Shown here in pieces: positions 23,286 to 35,200 of a stretch of 64,000 nucleotides of DNA (position 1 is the stretch's first letter; the number at the start of each line of letters is the position of its first letter). Origin of the DNA: Macrostomum hystrix (Eukaryota > Animalia > Platyhelminthes); NCBI GenBank assembly GCA_950097015.1, contig CATNEN010000034.1, forward strand, positions 6,820,001 to 6,884,000. Direction: 5' to 3'. Below the pieces are notes generated by a model. The model was not told the origin of the DNA and did not search any database. It saw only the letters and a list, made by a program, of their open reading frames with translations. Both the position numbers and the translations under genes were made by a program.

Positions 23286-23735
23286 AGAATATTTTAATCG
23301 TACAGATCGTACTCGTCAGTCTGAATCGCCTAAAATGAGTAACATAGATTTGACCTTGAAAAGAAGACCCAGAGTGGCACGAGTTCAGTTTGCCCGCCCT
23401 CGCACTCTCGGTGCGAATCACACCCACACGATCTGTGCCTCGAACTCGACTACCATGCAGCAAAGAACCAAGTCAATAGCTCGTATCTAATCACTCGTCG
23501 AATTGACAGCCTAACCAGCCAGCTGTGAAATGCTGACACTGACAACTGCCGTCATCATGACGCGCGATTGGCAGTGGGAGTGTCCGAGACCGCGTCACCT
23601 GCAGCAGCTCAGTCAGTCCATAAATGAGACCTCAGCGACCGACTGAAGCAGCCCAATCATCACAGTCAACACACAGTCGTGTCCTCAGCTCCGCATCAGC
23701 GCCAAAGCACTCTCGCAATCCACAGCACAGCAGCC

Positions 23736-24023
23736 ATGTACAAGCTGATCTGCCTGTTCGCTCTCGTGGCCTTCGCTGCCGCCTCCTACACCCCTGAGCA
23801 GAGGAATGAGGTCGTGAACGACATCATCCACGAGATGGTTCCCGTGCTCAGCATCGACACCAACTGCCTGCTGCAGAACGGCGTCAGCTCCATCACCTGC
23901 CTGGTCAGCAACCTGATCACCTGCTTCTTCTCCCACGGCACCAACATCAGCGGACTGGCCGGCTGCCTGGCCAGCAAGTGCGGCGGCAGCGCCATCCAGA
24001 TCATCGGCTGCATCAAGCTGTAA
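23736..24023 (+). CDS. Secreted six-cysteine peptide, copy C (95 aa)
   Basis: ATG in GCAGCCATGT context; signal peptide MYKLICLFALVAFAAA; Cys at 44, 55, 63, 77, 82 and 92; CATAAAT TATA-like box at 23619-23625. Confidence 0.9.
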   Translation: MYKLICLFALVAFAAASYTPEQRNEVVNDIIHEMVPVLSIDTNCLLQNGVSSITCLVSNLITCFFSHGTNISGLAGCLASKCGGSAIQIIGCIKL

Positions 24024-24082
24024 AGTCTCTTCAGCCTGTTAAATCCTTCAAATACACAACACTTTGCTTTGATATCTTGTCG

Positions 24083-24293
24083 GTTGAGTTGATTCAGTTG
24101 ATTCAGTTGATTGAGTTGATTGAGTTGATTCAGTTGATTCAGTTGATTCAGTTGATTCAGTTGATTGAGTTGATTGAGTTGATTCAGTTGATTCAGTTGA
24201 TTCAGTTGATTCAGTTGATTGAGTTGATTCAGTTGATTCAGTTGATTCAGTTGATTCAGTTGATTCAGTTGATTCAGTTGATTCAGTTGATTC
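24083..24293. repeat. 9-bp microsatellite (GTTGATTCA/GTTGATTGA)n just downstream of copy C
   Basis: About 23 tandem units. Confidence 0.95.
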
Positions 24294-25521
24294 ATGGTTC
24301 AAATGCCCATTGCCTACGTCACGACAGCTCCAAAACCGAATGAAAGATTTTGTTGAATGTCCACCATATGGATCAAATCATCTGCCCTTAGACGATGAAA
24401 TAGAATTCAAAGCCGTCCTACGTCAGCATAGTCGAGATATTCAGTGATTATTGTCGAAGACCATGGTCACAAGGACAACTAACATTACTAAATAAGCCTC
24501 TATGGCGAATCCGTAAAGTTCAATAATAAAATAAATTACAGTATAATCAGTAACATATAGTCAACAACAAAAAGATGAAATAGGTAGTTCATGCCACTAA
24601 ATACACGACAGGAGTCTTTGAATATCTCGACGATGTCGATGTTTTGAATAGAGCGCAAAAGTTTAGTCCGTGTTCTTGATTTTCATGGCCATTGGTTGAA
24701 TATTTTAGGCAGATTCAGAAAAAAGAAACATGTGGGGTATTTGAAATTCCCCCATTGTCTTTCAATGCTGTTTTAGAGCCAGCGCGCGAACAAAGGCCGC
24801 TCCGCCGCATAGTCCATTGCTTCAAAAAAGTTTGAAAGTTTTCAAATTCTTCTTTTCACTCATCGCATGTGCAAATATATTCTGCTTTGAAATCAGGTCT
24901 GTATATAATAAAACTCATTGTTTAATTTGCACTGAAAGCGACATAGTTAACGAAAAACAAAGGCTTTTACAATTCAATTAAAAATAATTCAAGTGCAGAA
25001 ATGATCAGTACCGCACTCTAATCGGCATGAGTCCGTCTCGATCCGCCGAATAACTTTTATGTCGCTAAGGAAGCTAAAAACTTATATTTTAACGCTTAAT
25101 GCACGAAAGCAGGAATACTCCTAGGCCAAAATTAAACGCGGCACCAAGGCCTCACATTCAAATTACTTCTGCTTACATTTCTAAACGACAATGCTTGTTC
25201 ATTCATGCGTCAAGCAAGCAAATTTCAGCAGAATGCATTCTGTTCCCTTAGCTTCATAAATATTCTCAAATTATAAACTGAAGGGCTAAGTAAGGCTGAA
25301 ATTTACTTCTTTCTAGCAGCTAGCTAAGGCTCTCAATATATACAATATATATACAATATATAGATTATGTGAAAACGGAACCCAAAAACTAATCTCCAGA
25401 TGAAACGATAAAAATGAATAACTGAGAGCATGTTTACGCGCTAGACTTTTAATAATGTCTAATGTCTAAGATTCAAATATCTAAGCATAATATGTATTTG
25501 AAGAATGTGACGGCCAGACAT

Positions 25522-25809
25522 TTACAGCTTGATGCAGCCGATGATCTGGATGGCGCTGCCGCCGCACTTGCTGGCCAGGCAGCCGGCCAGTCCGCTGATG
25601 TTGGTGCCGTGGGAGAAGAAGCAGGTGATCAGGTTGCTGACCAGACAGGTGATGGAGCTGACGCCGTTCTGCAGCAGGCAGTTGGTGTCGATGCTGAGCA
25701 CGGGAACCATCTCGTGGATGATGTCGTTCACGACCTCATTCCTCTGCTCAGGGGTGTAGGAGGCGGCAGCGAAGGCCACGAGAGCGAACAGGCAGATCAG
25801 CTTGTACAT
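25522..25809 (-). CDS. Secreted six-cysteine peptide, copy D (95 aa)
   Basis: Protein identical to copies C, E and F. Confidence 0.9.
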   Translation of the reverse strand: MYKLICLFALVAFAAASYTPEQRNEVVNDIIHEMVPVLSIDTNCLLQNGVSSITCLVSNLITCFFSHGTNISGLAGCLASKCGGSAIQIIGCIKL

Positions 25810-26989
25810 GGCTGCTGTGCTGTGGATTGCGAGAGTGCTTTGGAGCTGATGCGGAGCTGAGGACACGACTGTGTTGAGTGTGATGATTGGGCTGCTTCAG
25901 TCGGTCGCTGAGGTCTCATTTATGGACTGGCTGAGCTGCTGCAGGTGACGCGGTCTCGGACACTCACACCGCCCACGGCCTGTCACGCCTGTCACATGGG
26001 GCCTACTATCAGCGTGGTAGGCATTGTTATCTTCCACTTTGATTTGAGGTATTGCTGCTGGATTGTGGTTTCCTGATGAGACTTATCGAGCGTCGACTTT
26101 TTCGGATCATCTCGCGTCGCTGTTTGTGCCTGTCAAAATTGACTCGAATTGTTCGGTACTTAGTTACCACTGAGCTCATTGCCTATTTCGTTTGGCGCAA
26201 AAATCGCTTGTCAATTCACCCTACGAGTTTGAACTGTGGGTTCGGTTCTTGCCCCGATTTTCCTCTGTAATTTCTCAGGCTTGGCTCCCCAGCAGTTTGT
26301 TACTGTCTCGTTGCAGTGACCTGGCAGTCTTATCATATAGAGGTTATTGGGTTTACTAGTTCACGATGAAGTCTCAAGATTTCAGAAATGCAAGTTAAAT
26401 TTACAACGAATCGGTTTTTTATTTACGAACATCTAAATTAGTTCTCATGTCTGTGCTCATATTGTGCTAAATGATTCTGCTAATTGCCTGCCCTGTATCA
26501 ACCTGCATTTTAGAACTCGTTTCATGCCAACTCAAATCAAATGAAATGTCATGTACAAGTACACCACCCTTCGTGACCCCCTATGAGGTCGTGTATTTTG
26601 GCATCCAACTGGAAGCAATGCTTTTGGAGTTGTTCTAGTTGAAGAAGAAACAATTTCCAACAAGTTTTTCGCTATATTATAAGTACACAAGAACCAGTAT
26701 GAGCAACTGCAGCATCCTGACCATCGTGAAAAAAAGAAGTCGGTTCCTATAAAGACAAAAATTAAATTCATTTCTCTGTACAAATGGATCTAAAGATAGT
26801 TTCAACAGACATCTGTCTGATTTCGAATGCATTGAATTCAGGGCCCGCGGTGAAAAAATTCTCCCGATGTATCTATTGGACATTTCAATAGGACATGGCG
26901 TCACACTCTACAACAGGTGATGGAGTTGGTAAGAATTTGTTCCCAGATTGAGTGAGGAATTCTCGTTCTGCGACTCCATATACTGATAA

Positions 26990-27301
26990 TTAATAATAAT
27001 TAATAACAACTGATTACACCTGCCCCAATTGGGCCAGATGTGCAGCCGACAGCACAGCCGCAGCTATTGCGCGGCGCATCTGGAGGCAGCTGTTCAGTCC
27101 ATGGACTGAGGAGACGCCACACCCACCCTCAATTATAGAGTATACCCCAGCTAATGCTGGTACCCATTTAACAGCTGGGTGAACTGAAGCAATGCAGATT
27201 AAGTGTCTTGCTAAAGGACACAAATTGTTCCAGTGGAGTCGAGAATCGAACCCCCGACTTTTTAGTCGTGAGTCCGACGCCCTAAAAACTAGGCTACAAC
27301 C
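26990..27301 (-). mobile_element. tRNA-derived SINE family A, near full-length (~310 bp) with (TTA/ATT)n tail
   Basis: tRNA-like head at 27301-27230; central CACCCAGCTGTTAAATGGGTACC block; 3' tail at ~26990-27012. Confidence 0.85.
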
Positions 27302-27340
27302 TCTCTTGGTTGAGCAAGAGCATAAATACGAGCCCTTATA

Positions 27341-28092
27341 TCACTCGTAATTACATGTTACTAGGTTCGGGATAAAATCACTCGTAATTACATGTTTCTA
27401 GGTTCGGGATAAAATCACTCGTAATTACATGTTACTAGGTTCGGGATAAAATCACTCGTAATTACATGTTACTAGGTTCGGGATAAAATCACTCGTAATT
27501 ACATGTTTCTAGGTTCGGGATAAAATCACTCGTAATTACATGTTTCTAGGTTCGGGATAAAATCACTCGTAAATACATGTTACTAGGTTCGGGATAAAAT
27601 CACTCGTAATTACATGTTTCTAGGTTCGGGATAAAATCACTCGTAATTAAATGTTACTAGGTTCGGGATAAAATCACTCGTAATTACATGTTACTAGGTT
27701 CGGGATAAAATCACTCGTAAATACATGTTACTAGGTTCGGGATAAAATCACTCGTAATTACATGTTTCTAGGTTCGGGATAAAATCACTCGTAATTACAT
27801 GTTACTAGGTTCGGGATAAAATCACTCGTAAATACATGTTACTAGGTTCGGGATAAAATCACTCGTAAATACATGTTTCTAGGTTCGGGATAAAATCACT
27901 CGTAAATACATGTTACTAGGTTCGGGATAAAATCACTCGTAAATACATGTTTCTAGGTTCGGGATAAAATCACTCGTAATTACATGTTACTAGGTTCGGG
28001 ATAAAATCACTCGTAATTACATGTTACTAGGTTCGGGATAAAATCACTCGTAAAATACATGTTTCTAGGTTCGGGATAAAATCACTCGTAAA
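27341..28092. repeat. 37-bp minisatellite (TCACTCGTAATTACATGTTACTAGGTTCGGGATAAAA)
   Basis: About 20 head-to-tail copies with no spacers. Confidence 0.95.
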
Positions 28093-28515
28093 AGTTCCAT
28101 TTCAAAATACTTAAAGTACCAAAATGGATTTGACCTTGAAAAGAAGACCCAGAGTGGCACGAGTTCAGTTTGCCCGCCCTCGCACTCTCGGTGCGAATCA
28201 CACCCACACGATCTGTGCCTCGAACTCGACTACCATGCAGCAAAGAACCAAGTCAATAGCTCGTATCTAATCACTCGTCGAATTGACAGCCTAACCAGCC
28301 AGCTGTGAAATGCTGACACTGACAACTGCCGTCATCATGACGCGCGATTGGCAGTGGGAGTGTCCGAGACCGCGTCACCTGCAGCAGCTCAGCCAGTCCA
28401 TAAATGAGACCTCAGCGACCGACTGAAGCAGCCCAATCATCACAGTCAACACACAGTCGTGTCCTCAGCTCCGCATCAGCTCCAAAGCACTCTCGAAATC
28501 CACAGCACAGCAGCC

Positions 28516-28803
28516 ATGTACAAGCTGATCTGCCTGTTCGCTCTCGTGGCCTTCGCTGCCGCCTCCTACACCCCTGAGCAGAGGAATGAGGTCGTGAACG
28601 ACATCATCCACGAGATGGTTCCCGTGCTCAGCATCGACACCAACTGCCTGCTGCAGAACGGCGTCAGCTCCATCACCTGTCTGGTCAGCAACCTGATCAC
28701 CTGCTTCTTCTCCCACGGCACCAACATCAGCGGACTGGCCGGCTGCCTGGCCAGCAAGTGCGGCGGCAGCGCCATCCAGATCATCGGCTGCATCAAGCTG
28801 TAA
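28516..28803 (+). CDS. Secreted six-cysteine peptide, copy E (95 aa)
   Basis: Protein identical to C, D and F; lies in a 678-bp block (28127-28804) shared with copy C (23347-24024). Confidence 0.9.
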   Translation: MYKLICLFALVAFAAASYTPEQRNEVVNDIIHEMVPVLSIDTNCLLQNGVSSITCLVSNLITCFFSHGTNISGLAGCLASKCGGSAIQIIGCIKL

Positions 28804-29199
28804 ATGCCTCTCTGTCTGTAGTTTGCAGCAGTAAATATACCGCGTTGACAACGGCTGTAGTGCCTTAAATTCCTAAATTTTAAACTTTTTCGCATTTTTG
28901 GTGCTTGGTTAACGACAAAGCAGCTTCATCACAAGTTGCTCTGGTGTATCATCCTGTCGCGCCACTGTGAATTATATCTCCAGCTGACTGGAGTCTCCTA
29001 AGAGTCTTAACGCTCGAAAAAAGCGTTGAAGCTCTTGCATGCCATGACCAAGGCAGCGGATCCTTAATTGGTTCGGCCCATGTACGAGTATGAATGTCGA
29101 GAGCCTAATCTTTCTGAACGCCATCGACTGCTAGCTTACTTACTTACGAGTTCTTACAACTGGCGCGTCTGTGCCAGTATCGTCTGTGTACGCTATTTA

Positions 29200-29303
29200 A
29201 CGACTAAAAAGTCCCGGGTTCGATTCTCGACTCCACTGGAACAAATTGTGTCCTTTAGCAAGACACTTAATCTGCATTGCTTCAGTTCACCCAGCTGTTA
29301 AAT
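29200..29303 (+). mobile_element. tRNA-derived SINE family A, internal fragment
   Basis: GGTTCGATTCTCGACTCCACTGGAACAAATTGTGTCCTTTAGCAAGACACTT...CCCAGCTGTTAAAT matches the other two copies. Confidence 0.85.
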
Positions 29304-29710
29304 ATGTCGCGCGAGGCCCCTATCGCAACCCCAAGGTAAAAGAGAAAAGACAGCCTGGGGGTGCGCCCACCCCGCACTAATCAGGTTCTCTGGGCCGCGT
29401 CGGCGATCTCCACCCGGCCTGTGTATCGAATTAATGAAGGCGTGGAGGTCGCGGATCGTCTCCGGAGTGATCAGCTCGTCGATCCCAAGGAGGTGACCGA
29501 GATGTTGTCTGCGCTCTTTCTCAAAGAACGGGCAGAAGGTGACGTGGTGTGCCGCGGTGTCCTCACCCAGGCCGCAGAAACAGCAGGTGGGAGCACCCGG
29601 TTTGGAGTGAAATATGTCTCTGGATGAAGCCATGACCCGTAGTGCCCATGCGAATCTCCCTCCTGATGAGAGAAATAATCAGAGACTTTCCGGATTATTT
29701 CCGACATAGC
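29304..29710 (-). mobile_element. 3' fragment of a non-LTR retrotransposon ORF2 (Cys-His zinc motif)
   Basis: APTCCFCGLGEDTAAHHVTFCPFFEKERRQHLG resembles the LINE C-terminal CxxC...H....C motif. Confidence 0.65.
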
Positions 29711-30320
29711 GGAACGGGCTTGCCTGTAGTCGTCAGAACTGTGGGTGGTGCTGGCTGTTGACCCATTTCTTAACAGAGAACGAACACGTGGTATTTCAAA
29801 TACTCATGCACATTTTTTTCCGCATCTCAAAAAATCTGCTCATTCACCAATGGCTGTCATTTATTGCGTTGTTGCAAGAGGCAAGAGACCGCTCTGCCAC
29901 TCACCCCCCTGAAGCTCTGAAGCTATAGTGTGTGGCCAGTCTGAACAGACATAGTAAATCCCACAGGTTCCTTTTTGTGGTAGCGAAAATTTATCTATCT
30001 ATAAGGTTGATCAGAACGTCCTTAGTCAAATAGTGTGCATCACCCAACAGGGCTTCAGTTTAGTTTCTAGGCAAGGACAACAGCGTATTAAAAACCACAC
30101 TAGCATCAAGCAGGCTTCGGTTGTCAAGCCCACCAGACCCACCGCTAAATGTTGCTGACTGACTGTGTAGTTGACACATTAGCTTGTGAACATATTCCTT
30201 TTCTGATCTATATTAATGTCACAGAAAGAAGCCAAGGACTAAAATACTAATATTAGGCAAGACACACGAAATGTCGTTTATTTGTTATGAGCTCCGATCA
30301 AAAGACAGTCATACAGGCAT

Positions 30321-30608
30321 TTACAGCTTGATGCAGCCGATGATCTGGATGGCGCTGCCGCCGCACTTGCTGGCCAGGCAGCCGGCCAGTCCGCTGATGT
30401 TGGTGCCGTGGGAGAAGAAGCAGGTGATCAGGTTGCTGACCAGACAGGTGATGGAGCTGACGCCGTTCTGCAGCAGGCAGTTGGTGTCGATGCTGAGCAC
30501 GGGAACCATCTCGTGGATGATGTCGTTCACGACCTCATTCCTCTGCTCAGGGGTGTAGGAGGCGGCAGCGAAGGCCACGAGAGCGAACAGGCAGATCAGC
30601 TTGTACAT
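30321..30608 (-). CDS. Secreted six-cysteine peptide, copy F (95 aa)
   Basis: Protein identical to C, D and E. Confidence 0.9.
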   Translation of the reverse strand: MYKLICLFALVAFAAASYTPEQRNEVVNDIIHEMVPVLSIDTNCLLQNGVSSITCLVSNLITCFFSHGTNISGLAGCLASKCGGSAIQIIGCIKL

Positions 30609-31635
30609 GGCTGCTGTGCTGTGGATTGCGAGACTGCTTTGGCGCTGATGCGGAGCTGAGGACACGACTGTGTGTTGACTGTGATGATTGGGCTGCTTCA
30701 GTCGGTCGCTGAGGTCTCATTTATGGACTGGCTGAGCTGCTGCAGGTGACGCGGTCTCGGACACTCACGCCGCCCACGGCCTGTCACGCCTGTCACATGG
30801 GGCCTACTATCAGGTTGACAGCCCTTTTTATTAGTATCTGCGCGGCTTGGTTATGCTGTCCGTTAGGTAGCTTCTTACGAGTAATTCCCTGCTGAGTTGT
30901 ACTCGACACGTTTTGGGGCTAATTAATCATCGACGTGACTTATCGGGAAACCAGTTAGCTGCCAAGCAGATTTCACTAATCGTTTGTCATTCCACCCTAA
31001 GATAAAAATATTTTCTGCGTGCTAAAATGACCGCTCCTGATTTCTAACCATGGCCACTAAGCACAGCAAAGCGCTCCTGTCACTGCTTTTCAATTTTGAC
31101 AGTTCCCATGCAACACATTTAATAAAAAATGTGGTTTTGTGTTGCCTACTAAATTGACTATTCGATAAAGTTAATTGATTGTGGTATCTTTGAATATTTA
31201 TATCTGTGGTAATTCATGCACCATCGCACATAACTTCAAATCACTTTAAACTGTGAGGTCTGCGTTCTGCTTTGCGTCAGGTAATAACTAAAGATGTATG
31301 AAAAATGATTGAATTCTGGTCTATTATTTTTTGCGAAACTTTCATGCGAGTTCAAACAATGTTAATCAATGCGAGTCAGGTAGTACGAGCTAGAATTATA
31401 GAATACTAAATCTGTGTGTGAGAATTTATTCTGGATAATAAATATTAGAAAAAGTATTAGACTAGTGCGTCATGATATTAAGCTTGAAACATACTCAGGG
31501 CTATTCAAGAAGCAGCTAGTTGTTTTCGAAGGAGCTGCACCAATAAAAAACACCTCACATTCAGAAAAAATTATTTCACCCAACAGCATTGTCTTTCATT
31601 AAAGTCTTGATACTTCACTGCTAATAGTCATGACA

Positions 31636-32270
31636 CTCCTACCAATAATCCTGTCACTCTCCTACCAATAATCCTGTCACTCTCCTACCAATAATCCTGT
31701 CACTCTCCCACCAATAATCCTGTCACTCTCCTATGTCACTCTCCTGCCAATAATCCTGTCACTCTCCTATGTCACTCTCCTACCAATAATCCTGTCACTC
31801 TCCTGCCAATAATCCTTTCACTCTCCTGCCAATAATCCTGTCACTCTCCTGCCAATAATCCTTTCACTCTCCTGCCAATAATCCTGTCACTCTCCTGCCA
31901 ATAATCCTGTCACTCTCCTACCAATAATCCTGTCACTCTCCTGCCAATAATCCTGTCACTCTCCTGCCAATAATCCTGTCACTCTCCTATGTCACTCTCC
32001 TACCAATAATCCTGTCACTCTCCTGCCAATAATCCTTTCACTCTCCTGCCAATAATCCTGTCACTCTCCTGCCAATAATCCTGTCACTCTCCTGCCAATA
32101 ATCCTGTCACTCTCCTGCCAATAATACTGTCACTCTCCTGCCAATAATCCTGTCACTCTCCTACCAATAATCCTGTCACTCTCCTGCCAATAATCCTGTC
32201 ACTCTCCTGCCAATAATCCTGTCACTCTCCTGCCAATAATCCTGTCACTCTCCTGCCAATAATCCTGTCA
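31636..32270. repeat. 23-bp minisatellite (CTCTCCTGCCAATAATCCTGTCA) abutting the amine oxidase stop codon
   Basis: About 27 tandem units. Confidence 0.95.
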
Positions 32271-32271
32271 A

Positions 32272-35200
32272 CTAGCCGAGTGCAGCTACGGCGGCAGAGG
32301 CGGCTCTCTCGGCACTCTCCAGCGCTCCCTCCATGTAGCCAATCCACTCGCTGGCGAACTCGGTGCCAGCGAATAGTAGGCGGCCTCGGCAGGCGCCACC
32401 CGAGGCCAGGCTGGCCAGATGCAGCCGGCCGTAGCCGCAGGGCGTAACATCGGCCGGGCAGCCGCCGTTGAATGGCTCAGCGCGCCAGAACTTCTCGGCG
32501 AAGTGTAGACAATCGCGAACAACGGCCGACTCGCCGGCTGGAAAGAATCTGGCGAGATGGTCCAGGACGGCGTCGCGACGGGCCTGCGGTGTGGTCAGGC
32601 ACTCCAGGTCCTGGGAGGGTCGGCCAGCAGCCAGCAGGACTAGTGCTGCTGAACCAGAGCTGGTTGTGCCTGAATGGGTAAGGAACAAGCAGCGATAGGA
32701 CTGGATAGTGAGACTTAGGCTGGAGCTCAAGGACTGAATGATCTGCGGGTTCAAGGATTGGAGGAGCTCAAGGACTGAATGATCTGCGGGTTCAAGGATT
32801 GGAGGAGCTCAAGGACTGGAAGAGCAGCGGGTTAAAGGATTGGAGGAGCTCAAGGACTGGAAGAGCAGCGGGTTAAAGGATTGGAGGAGCTCAAGGACTG
32901 GAAGAGCAGCGGGTTAAAGGATTGGAGGAGCTCAAGGACTGGAGGAGCAGCGGGTTCAAGGATTGGAGGAGCTCAAGGACTGGAGGAGCAGCGGGTTCAA
33001 GGATTGGAGGAGCTCAAGGACTGGAGGAGCTCAAGGACTGGAAGAGCAGCGGGTTCAAGGATTGGAGGAGCTCAAGGACTGGAGGAGCTCAAGGACTGGA
33101 GGAGCAGCGGGTACAAGGACTGAAGGGGCAGCGGGTTCAAGGATTAAAGGATCATCTCAGCAAGGAAAGCCCACCATCAAACCCAGCGACAATGGGTGAG
33201 GCCGGATCGCAGCTAAACAGTTCGCCAGAGTAGCCCAGCTTGCGCCACCAGGCGTCAGCATAGGTAACAATGAACTTGGCGTAGTGTGAGGGCAGCGCTG
33301 CCGCAGCGGCAGTCAAAATTCGGCAGGTCGCCGGCTCGTTCGGCAATGACAGCCGAGCCAGCTGATTAGGCGGCGCAGTTGAGATCACTAGTCGGGCGGT
33401 CAGCCGTTCTCCGTTGGCCAGGCGAACTGTCAGCAGCTGGTCAGTGTCCGACGACTCTGCGATCTCCACCCCTGACACGACTGCGCCGAGGCGAAGACGG
33501 TCTGGACCAAGGCGCTCCGCGAGGCGATGGCTCAAACACTGCGCGCCGCCAACTAAGCGATAGCCCTGATTGATGGACAATTAGGCGCCTTCAAGTGAAG
33601 ATTAGAAAAAAAACAATGCTAAGGGAGGTCCACACCACAAAGAACAGCCTGAGCAGTGTGCTCAATGACAGAAAGAAACAGCGGGTTCAAGGACTGGAGG
33701 AGCAGCGGGTTTAAGGACTGGAGGAGCTCAAGGACTGGATGAGCAGCGGGTTCAAGGACTGGAGGAGCAGCGGGATCAAGGACTGGAGCAGCAGCGGGAT
33801 CAAGGACTGGAGGAGCAGCGGGATCAAGGACTGGAGGAGCAGCGGGATCAAGGACTGGAGCAGCAGCGGGTTCAAGGTCTGGAGCAGCAGCGGGTTCAAG
33901 GTCTGGAGGAGCAGCGGGTTCAAGGACTGGAGCAGCAGCGGGTTCAAGGTCTGGAGGAGCAGCGGGTTCAAGGTCTGGAGGAGCAGCGGGTTCAAGGACT
34001 GGAGCAGCAGCGGGATCAAGGCGGCAGATAATGACATGAGGAAAGGGCAGTGGCAAACCTGAGCACCCTTCGGCGCGCAGCTAAGCAGGCGCTCAAAGTC
34101 TCCAGCCGAGTGGCACATCCTGGCCGCGTACAGTGCCGAAGTGGCTCCGGGCTCCTGGCCGCATAGGATGCGAATGGCGGAAGCAAACAGGGACCGAACG
34201 GTGCCGCTCCAGCAGAGACCGGACGCCTCAGCCTCCATTGTTCGGGCGTCCAGCGCTGCCTGAGCAGATTTGGGGCAGGCAGGGGAAGTGCTAATTGACG
34301 AGATGCATTTAGCTACTAATAGTAGAATCATTTGCCTATCACAACTATCAAAATGATCATCGGCACTTCGGATGAACGATCGATAGTTCGTTCAAACATC
34401 GGAGCATCAATTCAAACTTGAATTTTCCCTGTGGTCCGAGTTTTCATGGCGATTGGTTAAATATTTTAGGAGATACAGAAAAAAGTGGTCACAGGTAGAA
34501 ACAGTGCCACAGGTTCAAGATAGAATAGTTGTGAAGGCCACGCACCAGGTCCGCTGGCAGCTCTGGCGGATTGGTCGAAGCGTCATCAACTCGCGATTCC
34601 GGATTGCGACCAGCGGTTGGCAGGCGGGCCTCGAACCGGTAGATGGCCTGCACCAGATCCAGGTTGCCCAGTAGGCCAATGCTCGGCAGTTCGCCGCTAT
34701 AATCGGTGACTCGACCGTCTGACAGCTGCAGCAGCTTGCGGCCCTGCAGTTCAGAGATAAGAAATCTCCCTGAGACTACTGGCTGGCTGTGCAGAAATCT
34801 CACTGAGACTACTGGCTGGCTGTGCAGAAATCTCACTCAGACTACTGGCTGGCTGTGCCGAAATCTCAGTGAGACTTCTGGCTGACTGTGCCGAAATCTC
34901 ACTGAGAATACTGGCTGGCTGTGCCGAAATCTCACTGAGACTACTGGCTGGCTGTGCAGAAATCTCACTGAGACTACTGGCTGGCTGTGCCGAAATCTCA
35001 GTGAGACTACTGGCTGGCTGTGCCGAGATCTCACTAAGACTACTGGCTAGCTGTGCCGAAATCTCACTGAGACTACTGGCTGGCTGTGCCGAAATCTCAG
35101 TGAGACTACTGGTTGGCTGTGCCGAAATCTCACTGAGACTACTGCATGGCTGGCTGTGCAGAAATCTCACTCAGACTACTGGCTGGCTGTGCCTAAATCT

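Noticed and set aside
23679-23735. N-terminal extension MSSAPH... on the peptide ORFs (114 aa in the track)
   Set aside because: Starts at GTG; the true ATG with signal peptide is at 23736 (equivalent in the other copies) and paralog A begins at the same ATG
26068-26105. CTGATGA-GAC...GTC hammerhead-like motif
   Set aside because: The GAAA core is replaced by GACT and stems I/III are absent
27341-28092. 37-bp array as a CRISPR array
   Set aside because: Head-to-tail units with no unique spacers, no cas genes, eukaryotic context
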